A stretch of 64,000 nt of DNA, taken from an uncultured Pseudobdellovibrionaceae bacterium (lineage in GTDB: Bacteria > Bdellovibrionota > Bdellovibrionia > Bdellovibrionales > JAGQZY01). Location: positions 1 through 64,000 of the forward strand of contig CAZPOV010000020.1 of the NCBI GenBank assembly GCA_964588335.1. Reading direction: 5' to 3'. The translations under genes and the position numbers were made by a program. A model generated the notes under the pieces. It made no database searches, was not told the origin of the DNA, and saw nothing but the letters and a program-made list of their open reading frames with translations. Shown here piece after piece: positions 9,649 to 18,845 of the stretch (the stretch's first letter is position 1; the number at the start of each line of letters is the position of its first letter).

Positions 9649-11088
9649 ATGAAATTATTAAGCCGCGAAGACGTTCAGAAAATGGATCAAAAAGTCATCG
9701 CATTAGGACAACCGCAGGCGGCCCTGATCGAAACCGTCGGTGCCAAGTTAAGCCAATGGCTGCATCCCAAAATTTCACAGGACAGCCGCGTTTTAGTGCT
9801 TATGGGCCCTGGGCACAATGGTGATGACGCGGCCGTGGTGCACCGTCGCCTAAAGAATCACGTTCGACAATTGGATGGCCTGGTCATTGGCTCCACCCAA
9901 TCGTCTTTTTTGCACTCTGAAGAAAAGCTTTATAATCTTGATAATTACCAGGCATTAGATTTCAGCCAATTCAATTGGATTATCGACGGCCTGTTTGGGA
10001 CCGGACTGTCCCGCCCACTGGATCTTCCGATTCAAAACCTGCTCCAGAGAATCAATGACTGTGACGCCACCCGTGTCGCCATCGACCTTCCCAGTGGACT
10101 GGACGCCAATACAGGATCAGTTTATGGCGCTGCTTTTCAAGCCGACCATACGCTAACGATCGCTAGCCCCAAACGTGGCCTCTACTTACTCCCCGGCCGC
10201 AACTGCGCCGGTGAAATTCATGTTATCGAAGTCACTGCTCTAAATCAGGCGTTGGAGTCGGAGGAAACAACAACCCATGCCCTCCCCCATTTTGACTTTA
10301 TAAGATTGCAACCGAAACCAGAGCAACACAAATACAGTCGTGGCAAACTGACCGTTGCGATGTCGCCAGACTTCCCCGGCGCCAGCTTGATGGTGGCTTT
10401 GGCTGCCCAAAAATCGGGGGCTGGCTATGTTCAGGTGCTTTGCCCTAGGGCCATGCTGGAAAGTCTGCAAATGAACCAGCCTTATTTGGTGTTTAGTGGC
10501 TATGACAATGTCGACCATCTTTGTCAAATGTTGGCTGAAGACGACAGCCAAGCCGTGGTCATCGGCGCCGGCTGGAAAGACATCCCCAATGATTTTGCAT
10601 GGACCTCGAAAAATTCACGGAGCTGGGTCTTTGACGGTGGTTTTTTAACTCCAGAGCTCCTTAAAAAAACCCGAAACTTCGCTTCGCAGTGCGTGTTAAC
10701 GCCGCATACGGGGGAGCTCAAACGTTTGCTTAACGACGAACCTACGGGCAAGTGGCAACAGATGGAAAAGTTGTTAGAAAAATGGCCAGGTGTATTACTT
10801 GCCAAAGGTTATGATACCATTATCGCAGAGGGCAAAAGCCGACGCTGGATCACAACCTGGAATTCTAGCTCTCTAGCCACCGCCGGTAGCGGCGACATTC
10901 TGGCTGGGATTCTTGGGGCCTTTTTAGCCCAAGACTTTGCGCCCCAGCAGGCAGCATGCCTCGCGGTTGACGCTCACCGACGATTAGCATCCCACCACCC
11001 TGTCTGCATTTCGCCGCAAACTCTTATTAACAGAATTGAAGGTGTTCTGAACGGACACCAACCACCGGTGATCAACGAAACAACGTAG
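9649..11088 (+). CDS. nnr: Bifunctional NAD(P)H-hydrate repair enzyme (epimerase + ADP-dependent dehydratase)
   Basis: The N-terminal YjeF-N motif is LMGPGHNGDDA. The C-terminal carbohydrate-kinase-like part has TPHTGELKRLL and GSGDILAGILGAFLAQ. Confidence 0.9.
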   Translation: MKLLSREDVQKMDQKVIALGQPQAALIETVGAKLSQWLHPKISQDSRVLVLMGPGHNGDDAAVVHRRLKNHVRQLDGLVIGSTQSSFLHSEEKLYNLDNYQALDFSQFNWIIDGLFGTGLSRPLDLPIQNLLQRINDCDATRVAIDLPSGLDANTGSVYGAAFQADHTLTIASPKRGLYLLPGRNCAGEIHVIEVTALNQALESEETTTHALPHFDFIRLQPKPEQHKYSRGKLTVAMSPDFPGASLMVALAAQKSGAGYVQVLCPRAMLESLQMNQPYLVFSGYDNVDHLCQMLAEDDSQAVVIGAGWKDIPNDFAWTSKNSRSWVFDGGFLTPELLKKTRNFASQCVLTPHTGELKRLLNDEPTGKWQQMEKLLEKWPGVLLAKGYDTIIAEGKSRRWITTWNSSSLATAGSGDILAGILGAFLAQDFAPQQAACLAVDAHRRLASHHPVCISPQTLINRIEGVLNGHQPPVINETT

Positions 11089-11150
11089 ACAGCCTCGGCC
11101 CCCTGTGAGACCATGACGTCAATAACAACATCATGACAAGGAGATGTGGG

Positions 11151-12800
11151 ATGGCGGTCTGGCATCAGCACTACCCCAAGGGGATTGAAGCAAAAATTGA
11201 CGTTGAAAATTACGATTCGATTGTCGATCTGATTGCAACCAACGTTGACAAGTACACCGACAAAGTCGCCTTCAGTAATATGGGCGTTTCGATGACCTAC
11301 CGTGAAGTCGATCGGCTATCGAATGATTTTGCCAATTACCTCACCCATAAATGCGGCCTGAAAAAAGGTGACCGCATTGCTTTGCAAATGCCCAATGTCC
11401 TGCAATTTCCAGTGGCTCTGTTTGGAGCGATAAAAGCTGGGATTATTGTCGTCAACACCAACCCTCTTTATACAGAGCGGGAGATGAAACACCAGTTCAA
11501 GGACTCTGGAGCGAAAGCCATTGTCATACTGGCTAACTTTGCTCGGCATTTGGAAAATATCATTGATGAAACAGACATTGAGCATGTCATCATCACAGAA
11601 ATCGGCGACCTGTTCCCCAGTGTGAAACGTTTTATTGTCAACAATGCCGTCAAATACATTAAAAAAATGGTCCCTTCCTACAACTTACCGAAGGCCAAAT
11701 CGTTTTTGACATGTATCGAAGAAGGCAAGCAATATGATTACAAGGCCGCACCCTCTAAGCGTGAAGACATTGCGTTTTTACAATACACGGGTGGAACCAC
11801 GGGCGTCGCCAAAGGGGCTATGCTGACCCATGGCAATATCATCGCTAATATGAATCAAATTTTTGCATGGATGTCGCCAAAATTTGTCGAGGGAAAAGAG
11901 ATTATCATAACGCCCTTGCCTCTTTATCATATCTTTTCGTTGACAGTGAACTGCTTGGCATTGATGTGTTACGGCGGACACAATGTCTTGATCACCAACC
12001 CAAGAGACATCCCTGACTTTATCAAAACTCTTAAAAAATACCCCTTCACCGTCCTGACCGGCGTCAACACTTTGTTTAACGCTCTGTTAGCCAACAAAGA
12101 CATCCAGTCGGTTGATTTTTCGCACACCAAACTGAGTGTTGCGGGAGCAATGGCTTTACAAGACAGTGTCGCCAAAAGATGGTTTGAAATCACTGGTACG
12201 AAAGTGATCGAGGGCTATGGACTGACTGAGGCCAGTCCTGTTTTGTGCTGCAATCCTGTCGATGATTCGGAACAACGCGGCACCATAGGCTTGCCTGTTC
12301 CCAACACAGAAATCAAGCTGGTCGACGAAGACGGCAACGAAGTTCCCGAAGGCGAACCCGGAGAGCTTTGCGCCCGAGGTCCGCAAGTCATGAAAGGTTA
12401 TTGGGAGCGGCCTGAAGAAACCGCATCAACGTTACGGGATGGTTGGCTGCACACCGGCGATATGGCGCAAATGTTGCCCGATGGGTTTTTCAAAATTGTC
12501 GATCGCAAGAAAGATATGATCTTAGTGTCTGGCTTTAATGTCTACCCCAATGAAATTGAAGATGTTGTGGCCGCCCATCCCGCCGTCCACGAAGTGGCCG
12601 CAGTTGGAGTGCCTGATGAAAAGTCAGGCGAAGCCGTAAAAATTTATGTCGTTAAAAAGGCAGAAGTCAGTGGCGAAGAGCTGCGGAACTTTGCAAAGAA
12701 AAACCTGACGGCCTATAAGGTGCCGCGATTCGTTGAGTTTCGCGACGAATTGCCAAAAACAAACGTCGGAAAAATTTTACGACGAGAACTTCGCGATTGA
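11151..12800 (+). CDS. fadD: Long-chain-fatty-acid--CoA ligase
   Basis: Colinear with E. coli FadD from the N-terminus (MAVWHQHYPKGI.. against MKKVWLNRYPADV..). AMP-binding motif LQYTGGTTGVAKGAMLTHGN, plus GYGLTE and TGDMA. Start placed at the ATG at 11151, 7 nt after an aaggag. Confidence 0.9.
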   Translation: MAVWHQHYPKGIEAKIDVENYDSIVDLIATNVDKYTDKVAFSNMGVSMTYREVDRLSNDFANYLTHKCGLKKGDRIALQMPNVLQFPVALFGAIKAGIIVVNTNPLYTEREMKHQFKDSGAKAIVILANFARHLENIIDETDIEHVIITEIGDLFPSVKRFIVNNAVKYIKKMVPSYNLPKAKSFLTCIEEGKQYDYKAAPSKREDIAFLQYTGGTTGVAKGAMLTHGNIIANMNQIFAWMSPKFVEGKEIIITPLPLYHIFSLTVNCLALMCYGGHNVLITNPRDIPDFIKTLKKYPFTVLTGVNTLFNALLANKDIQSVDFSHTKLSVAGAMALQDSVAKRWFEITGTKVIEGYGLTEASPVLCCNPVDDSEQRGTIGLPVPNTEIKLVDEDGNEVPEGEPGELCARGPQVMKGYWERPEETASTLRDGWLHTGDMAQMLPDGFFKIVDRKKDMILVSGFNVYPNEIEDVVAAHPAVHEVAAVGVPDEKSGEAVKIYVVKKAEVSGEELRNFAKKNLTAYKVPRFVEFRDELPKTNVGKILRRELRD

Positions 12801-13520
12801 TCCGGATGGAGGAGTCTGATTCAGACTTCTCTTCCATCGCCAGAGAAATAAAAAGCTCGACAACCCGGAACCGCAAAAAATCATGGTGATAATGACGATT
12901 TGGTAGCGAACAGCGACCAACGGATCAACTCCCGACAGTATTTGACCTGTCATCAATCCCGGTAGCGACACCAATCCCACCGCCATCAGCATATTTATAT
13001 GAGGGATGAAAGCGGCCGTTAAGGCCTTTCTCATAGCGTCTTCCGGTTGACATAACTCTAATTCGGCGGCGAATCGCTCGGCCGCCAGACTCATAGTATT
13101 CATGGAGTTGGCGTAAACCATTCCGGCCAAGGGAATAAGGATTCGCACCTCGTGCCAGTCACCGCCGGGTAAAACAAACAGCACATTCCAAAACAACGCT
13201 GGAGTGGCTCCTAAAAACTGTGCGATCATGGCTTTTGCATAAAGTGAGCGACGCTTTGATTTGACCGATCGCAATGTGATCCAAGATGACAACCCCATCA
13301 TCACCATTAACAACAGTAATACTGTTAACGAGCTGTCACGGGAGAACAGAAAGGTCAGAAAATATCCAACAGCAATCAGTTGTAAAATCATACGAAAGAG
13401 GGCCACTCCCAACTCGCGCCAATTCATTTTCAATTTAAAGAAGAGCCCTATAACCAAGAAAACGGGCAACAGGGACAGCAGGAGCTGTTCAAACGGAATC
13501 TCGATGGCTTTCATAGGCAT
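12777..13520 (-). CDS. FetB/YbbM-like (UPF0014) ABC-type permease
   Basis: Colinear with E. coli FetB: LQLIAVGYFL, IPLAGMVYANSMN, VGLVSLPGLMTGQILSGVDPLVAVRYQI. Start trimmed to the Met at 13520 (13514 is also possible). Confidence 0.8.
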   Translation of the reverse strand: MPMKAIEIPFEQLLLSLLPVFLVIGLFFKLKMNWRELGVALFRMILQLIAVGYFLTFLFSRDSSLTVLLLLMVMMGLSSWITLRSVKSKRRSLYAKAMIAQFLGATPALFWNVLFVLPGGDWHEVRILIPLAGMVYANSMNTMSLAAERFAAELELCQPEDAMRKALTAAFIPHINMLMAVGLVSLPGLMTGQILSGVDPLVAVRYQIVIITMIFCGSGLSSFLFLWRWKRSLNQTPPSGSIAKFSS

Positions 13521-13587
13521 GACGTACCTGGAAAAACAAAGGTTGTCACCCGTTTGTCGCCACCACAACTATAAAATGCAAAACAAA

Positions 13588-13627
13588 ACCAAAAAAAAAT
13601 GCTCTTTTTTTCGCAAAAGAGCATTTT
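13588..13627 (-). terminator. Rho-independent terminator closing the PP2C/GHKL/STAS operon
   Basis: A perfect 13-bp stem aaaatgctctttt/aaaagagcatttt (13596-13608 and 13615-13627). It is followed on the minus strand by a run of about 9 T (the plus-strand A-run at 13591-13599). Confidence 0.75.
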
Positions 13628-13650
13628 GTATTATTAAAATGAAAAATGTT

Positions 13651-14148
13651 TTAAGCAGCCTGGTCGTCCGATTTATTTAAAAGAAAACGGAAGAATTTGA
13701 CTTCGCTAACATCCAATTCAGGGTCACAATCACCTTTGCAAATGCTCGACTTGTCGTAATTCAATTTGACTTGACCACCTTCGATAATAATTTCTTTACC
13801 GACATTCATCATCACGTCTTTTTCTTCGTCGCAATCTTCGCAGAAAAAAGGCACTTGCAGTGACAAAACCTCATGCTTTTCTGGCAAAAAGCCTTCCACC
13901 ATATTCATCTGCATGACAAGAGCTTTTGGGCAATTAACAAATGTAAAATTGGTATTCGGATAATTACCAAACCACATAATCCAGGCACGAATGCCTACGG
14001 AATTGATGGCAGTAACATTTTGCAAGTCGATTGCGACATCACTTGCCATATCATTTACTTCAGGAAAACTGGCTTCTTCATCAATTTGGCCACAAAACTG
14101 GTAACAAGGTTTTCCCATCATCTCGGCTTGTTTAACTTCGAACGACAT
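13651..14148 (-). CDS. STAS-domain (anti-sigma-antagonist-like) protein with C-terminal four-Cys extension (paralogue A1)
   Basis: Colinear with SpoIIAA/RsbV: F-C-G-Q-I-D, then AIDLQNVTAINSVGIRAW, which keeps the phosphorylatable Ser of D-S-x-G, then MNMVEGF. It then continues with VPFFCEDC...CKGDC...FFRFL. Two paralogues lie at 51703 and 53395. Confidence 0.75.
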   Translation of the reverse strand: MSFEVKQAEMMGKPCYQFCGQIDEEASFPEVNDMASDVAIDLQNVTAINSVGIRAWIMWFGNYPNTNFTFVNCPKALVMQMNMVEGFLPEKHEVLSLQVPFFCEDCDEEKDVMMNVGKEIIIEGGQVKLNYDKSSICKGDCDPELDVSEVKFFRFLLNKSDDQAA

Positions 14149-14149
14149 A

Positions 14150-14893
14150 TTAAGACTCCTTAGCCTCTATTATAATCAAACTTTTATTCATTTCAACGCG
14201 GTCTTCGTGATGAGCCGTTCTTGGCATCCAAACCAAGACCAACGTGCCTTTACCTGGATCGACCGTGATGGCCATTCCCACGCCCAAAGTGTAGATCAAA
14301 TAACTCCCAATACCAGCACCCATTCCTTCGTCTTTTTTGATGGCATTCTTAACCCCTTTATCAAAACAGCGCTGCATATTATTGAGCATCTGTTTGGGGT
14401 CGAGAGTACCGAAAAAATCGCGGCAATATATCACCACTGTTTCATCGTTGGCATCAATTCCAAATCGCATTGATTTCGAATGATCTGGTGCTGTTTTAGT
14501 GAAGTTGGTAAATAACTCGTCAGCTATTAGAAAGATATCATCGCGCACGCGTCGATACTTGCTAGATTTCAAAAACTGCTCCACTTGAGCTAAAAAATCC
14601 TTTTTGCTGGAGTGACCAAAAAACTTTTGCTGAAATCGCATACTAATATCTTCTGTGATTTCAATAAGACATTCACCGGGATTATTTAAAAATTTGTTAA
14701 TATCATCTTTAATTTTTACGACACGAAACTCATCAAAGCCGTTCGTGACGACTTGGATGGGAGCGTTCGAAACAGCCATATTCACTGCATCTCCGGGACG
14801 AATATCGGACCCGACCACGATCTTGTCGCGCAACGGACCATGGGCGTCTTTCACGTAGTCTTTTAGATATACGACTTTTTTATCATTGCTCAT
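14150..14893 (-). CDS. GHKL ATPase / RsbW-SpoIIAB-like serine kinase-like protein with unrecognised ~110-aa N-terminal region (paralogue B1)
   Basis: N-box-like ADELFTNFTKTAP, CRDFFGTLD (G1-like) and EGMGAGIGSYLIY (G2-like), in the order expected for anti-sigma-factor kinases. A paralogue lies at 53893..54717. The start overlaps the PP2C stop (TGATG). Confidence 0.6.
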   Translation of the reverse strand: MSNDKKVVYLKDYVKDAHGPLRDKIVVGSDIRPGDAVNMAVSNAPIQVVTNGFDEFRVVKIKDDINKFLNNPGECLIEITEDISMRFQQKFFGHSSKKDFLAQVEQFLKSSKYRRVRDDIFLIADELFTNFTKTAPDHSKSMRFGIDANDETVVIYCRDFFGTLDPKQMLNNMQRCFDKGVKNAIKKDEGMGAGIGSYLIYTLGVGMAITVDPGKGTLVLVWMPRTAHHEDRVEMNKSLIIIEAKES

Positions 14894-16710
14894 CAGGCGG
14901 CCACCTTTTGCTTCTCAAATTCAACTACTACTAGCGTCACATCATCATCGAGAGGTGTCTCTTTTCTAAATTCATTCAATTCCCCAAATACGCTGTTCAC
15001 TGTGGCATCAACATTTTGCACGTTGATCTGCCCTAACGACTTCAAAAAACGTCGCTCTCCCCAATTTTCTCCTTCAGGGCTTTTAACATCAACAATTCCA
15101 TCTGTGTAAAACACAATTCTGTCACCCTCTTCGACATTCATCGTATAGTTTGAGTATTCGGAGTCTGGACTCTCACCCAACCGAGGATTGTTGATTTCCA
15201 TCAAGGGATAGTAGTCCCGCCGCTTGGGTTTGCCCTCAACTTCATGACTCAAGAAAAAGGGCGGATCGTGTGAGGCGTTGGAATAAGTTAAAGTATTGTC
15301 ATCTAAATCAAAACAAGCGAGGAAGAAAGTCATCATCATTTCTCCCTTTGAGGTGGAATAAATCGCTTTATTCAGCATCGACAAAGCAGTACCGGGAGTT
15401 ATATCCGGAATCCCCTCAATCACCGAGGCCACGGCTCGCGCAGCGCTTGTTAAAAGGGCCGCCGGCACACCGTGCCCAGTGGCATCGCCAATCCATAGAT
15501 AAACTTTATTGTCGACATGACTATAGTGCCACCAATCACCACCACATTCTGAAGCTGGGACAGAATCGCCATAGATGTTGAAGGGTCCTATCTTGGCATC
15601 GTTCTTGGGAAACAACGTATCCTGCACAGTTTGGGCAGTCTGTAACTCGGCTTCCATTCGGGCGTTCTCAGCTGTCTTATCCAGTAACCTTGAAACTTCT
15701 TCTGTCATTTTGTTAAAGCTTTTTGCTAAAACACCAATCTCATCACCTGATTTTTCTTCAACACGCACGCTGAAATCACCATCCATGACCTTACTCGTGG
15801 CCTCCGCCAACCCACGTAAGGCACTGGTGAGTGTATTGGAGGCGAAAACTCCAATAATAATCAGAAAACAAAGAATCAAAGCTGTAAAAACCACCGAGCG
15901 CTGCATGAGCTTGCGAACCGCACTCAATGCCTTTTCTTTATTAACCAAAGACACCACATAGAGATGGGCCTTACCAACTTTCGAATAGGATGTTAGGTAG
16001 GTCGTGTCACCAAAATTAGCTTCTTTGGTTCCTTCGTGAAATTTATTATTAAAAACATTGTTATCAAGATACTTGGGAAGGTTTTTGTGCTGCAGATCAC
16101 CGGCCACAAATCCACGCAGAGAGTGGAACAACAATGACTGATCGCCATCTCCTTGACCAAAAAGTGCAAAAAAGTTTGCATTCTCGACCAGCAAAACACT
16201 GAGTCCTTTGAAATTGGCCGAATCGGCTTTGGCGATAAGATAAAAATGCATGGGGTGATCTTTGGAGACTCCCACTGTAAAACCGGTGTACCAGGCTTCC
16301 TGCATCAACGTATCCAATTTCGATTTTTCAACTGAGCTAAAGTTTAACCCTTTCGAGATACTAAATTCTTCATTGAACGATTTGCCATTCCAGGTGAAAC
16401 TTTTGAAAGCCTTCAAATCCGCCTCTGAAGAGAAGTAAGTTCTACCATTGTTAGACATGTTTCTTGATGACGGATCGAAATTGGAATTGATGGCTTTTAA
16501 AGATTGGATATAACTATTAAGCTGTGAATCCACTGTCGAGGCCTTAGCCCGTGTCGATGACAATGTCGAATCGTATACATAAGCCAACTTGTCGTCTTCA
16601 AACAAGCTTGTCGCCATAACCACAATAAGACTGATCGCCAGTATTGGCAGCGTCGATAAGACGATGAGAATCTTATTTTTAATAGAAAGCGATTTCAAAC
16701 TTAGTGTCAT
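14893..16710 (-). CDS. Membrane sensor phosphatase: two TM segments + periplasmic domain + HAMP + PP2C/SpoIIE domain (RsbU-like)
   Basis: TM1 is ILIVLSTLPILAISLIVVMA and TM2 is VFTALILCFLIIIGVFA. HAMP region: ALRGLAEATSKVMDGDFSVRVEEKSGDEIGVLAKSFNKM. SpoIIE/PP2C motifs: CGGDWWHY, GDATGHGVPAALLTS, FYTDGIVD, DDVTLVVV. Confidence 0.9.
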   Translation of the reverse strand: MTLSLKSLSIKNKILIVLSTLPILAISLIVVMATSLFEDDKLAYVYDSTLSSTRAKASTVDSQLNSYIQSLKAINSNFDPSSRNMSNNGRTYFSSEADLKAFKSFTWNGKSFNEEFSISKGLNFSSVEKSKLDTLMQEAWYTGFTVGVSKDHPMHFYLIAKADSANFKGLSVLLVENANFFALFGQGDGDQSLLFHSLRGFVAGDLQHKNLPKYLDNNVFNNKFHEGTKEANFGDTTYLTSYSKVGKAHLYVVSLVNKEKALSAVRKLMQRSVVFTALILCFLIIIGVFASNTLTSALRGLAEATSKVMDGDFSVRVEEKSGDEIGVLAKSFNKMTEEVSRLLDKTAENARMEAELQTAQTVQDTLFPKNDAKIGPFNIYGDSVPASECGGDWWHYSHVDNKVYLWIGDATGHGVPAALLTSAARAVASVIEGIPDITPGTALSMLNKAIYSTSKGEMMMTFFLACFDLDDNTLTYSNASHDPPFFLSHEVEGKPKRRDYYPLMEINNPRLGESPDSEYSNYTMNVEEGDRIVFYTDGIVDVKSPEGENWGERRFLKSLGQINVQNVDATVNSVFGELNEFRKETPLDDDVTLVVVEFEKQKVAA

Positions 16711-16834
16711 AGTGCTTTTTTCGGCATATCTCCCAAAAAACTAACTTCATGATTCGGATTTCTTTTAAGAAATGGTCGAAGGTCTAGGAAATATATAGAC
16801 CAATACGCCGATTCTATAATTAAGGAGAAAAGGT

Positions 16835-18706
16835 TTGAAAAGGACTCAAAACTTGGAAACATCTGATAAGTGGATAGTGGGCCTCACGGCACTCTGTGCA
16901 CTCTTGCTATTTTCATGGCTGATGTACGATATTGCCTTTTACAATCCCCTTCTCGAAGGCCAAACCCCGATTGGAAAAATCTACGAGGCACAAAATCGAG
17001 TCAAACGTAAATTTAATCGTAGTCTTATTTGGTATGCCGCTGAATCCAATGAGACAGTCTACGAGAATGATTGGATTTTTACAGGCTCACAATCTCTGGC
17101 TAAGATCCGTCTGGATTCTGGCGGGGAGATCATAATTGAGCCTGACTCTCTCATTATATTGTCACGAAAAAACGGTGTTCTTCAGTTAGATCTTCAACAT
17201 GGTCGCTTGATGGCTGACGTTAAAAGCCAAGACGTGCAGATTAACATTGTCAAAAATGGAAGTTCCGAAAAGGTTGATACCAGCCAGGGTGTGGTTCGCA
17301 TCGCACAAGACGAAGGCCGCAAACAGAAGCCTTTGATCGAAGATCTAAAATTGGATGACAATGCTGATGGCAAAATTGATGAGACCCTTAGTGATCTCGC
17401 CGATCGAAAGTATTACAAGCCCGACCCTGGATACTCTGAGATGAAAGTTAACGGCTTGTCTTTAAGTGAAAAAAATCAATTCAACTTCAAGTTGCTTAAG
17501 GGACAAAAAGCCACCGTCCGTCTTGACTGGAAAGATCCTTTCGAAAGATGGCAAAATTATGAAGCACAAGTCGGCGAGGATCCGAGTTTTTCAACAATCG
17601 TTTCACAAAAGACAGACCCAACACTAGAAGTCGACTTTCAGGTTGCCGACACTCAACAGCTGTTTTGGCGAGTGCGTGGCTTTGACGAAAATGGCGAAGC
17701 CTCGCTTTGGTCTGAGAGTCAGCCGGTGCAAGTGAATATCGAATTCTTGCAAAAGTCAGAACCGGTGCGGTTGGCGCGAAAGAAGCTGTTGTATCGCATG
17801 AACAAAAGCGAACTGGAAAAAGTCAAACCGAACAGAACCTATGATATCGATGACAAAAAACCCGTTAAAATTGAATGGGAAAAAGATCAAAAGGCTGCCG
17901 CCTACCGGGTCGAGGTCTCAGATAAAGAGGATTTCTCGAATATTATTGAGCAAAAAATTGTCGAAGACAATCAGCTGGCTCTTAAAAACATCAACCTTGG
18001 AAAAACATTTTTCAGAGTGACTCCAGAGACCAAAGACGGAGTGGCCATTGCCGAGGAAGCCGTCGGCGAAGTTCAAACTTACTTCCCTGCCCCCTCAGCG
18101 GACTCCCTTGAAACTGTCGACAAAAAAGAATTTCAAGTGTTGCAATGGGATGCGGTTCCTTATGCCCCTGGCTACCAAGTGACATATAAAACCGATAAAA
18201 ATTCCGACAAGGAAACAGTCAAGTACGTTACTGGCAACAAACTTCGTGTCGAAAATAAAACCGGTTATCTGCAGTGGAAAGTGCGGGTCATCGATCCTGA
18301 AACAAAAAAACACATGAGTTCCAATTCAAAAACCGTCGACTGGTACAACGCTGCAAAGCGTTTGGCGAGTTTACACGGCACTGGACAAGCCGGGCGTCTT
18401 TATCCAAAGATCACCCGACCTGAGCCTCGCAAAACTTTTATTTCGGTCAACAACTCGCCTCTTTTTATTGTTATGAGTTGGGAGTACGCGAAAAAGGTCG
18501 CTGCCTATGAGGTTGAAGTTTCTAAAACGCCTGAGATGAATGATCTGGTCTATAAAAAACGAGTCGATCGCCAACGCGCTGTGATCAATCAGTCTTTCCG
18601 ACCCGGTATCTATTTTATTCGAGTCCGAGCCGTGGCTGAAGATGTGACACAAGAGACATGGTCCGAGGTGGAAGTGTTTCGAGTCATCAATCGGAAAGCT
18701 CGTTAA
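16835..18706 (+). CDS. FecR-like domain protein with four Fn3-like repeats, N-terminal membrane anchor
   Basis: TTG start 7 nt after an aaggag, then a TM helix (WIVGLTALCALLLFSWLMY). The FecR-like stretch is LDSGGEIIIEPDSLIILS. It is followed by four ~75-aa repeats of pattern W-x6-8-Y-x-V/Q-V-x4-F...F/WRV, for example KIEWEKDQKAAAYRVEVSDKEDFS and VMSWEYAKKVAAYEVEVSKTPEM. Confidence 0.6.
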   Translation: MKRTQNLETSDKWIVGLTALCALLLFSWLMYDIAFYNPLLEGQTPIGKIYEAQNRVKRKFNRSLIWYAAESNETVYENDWIFTGSQSLAKIRLDSGGEIIIEPDSLIILSRKNGVLQLDLQHGRLMADVKSQDVQINIVKNGSSEKVDTSQGVVRIAQDEGRKQKPLIEDLKLDDNADGKIDETLSDLADRKYYKPDPGYSEMKVNGLSLSEKNQFNFKLLKGQKATVRLDWKDPFERWQNYEAQVGEDPSFSTIVSQKTDPTLEVDFQVADTQQLFWRVRGFDENGEASLWSESQPVQVNIEFLQKSEPVRLARKKLLYRMNKSELEKVKPNRTYDIDDKKPVKIEWEKDQKAAAYRVEVSDKEDFSNIIEQKIVEDNQLALKNINLGKTFFRVTPETKDGVAIAEEAVGEVQTYFPAPSADSLETVDKKEFQVLQWDAVPYAPGYQVTYKTDKNSDKETVKYVTGNKLRVENKTGYLQWKVRVIDPETKKHMSSNSKTVDWYNAAKRLASLHGTGQAGRLYPKITRPEPRKTFISVNNSPLFIVMSWEYAKKVAAYEVEVSKTPEMNDLVYKKRVDRQRAVINQSFRPGIYFIRVRAVAEDVTQETWSEVEVFRVINRKAR

Positions 18707-18845
18707 CAGTAATTTGCATACATATTAAGCATCCGATTTGAATTTTCACTAGTTTCGGTGCCTGACGCGCCACAAGCCCAGGGCCCTTTCTTGTTGGCCT
18801 TCTCCGCTTCTGATAGAACGTCCCTTCTTCAATGGAGATTGTCAA

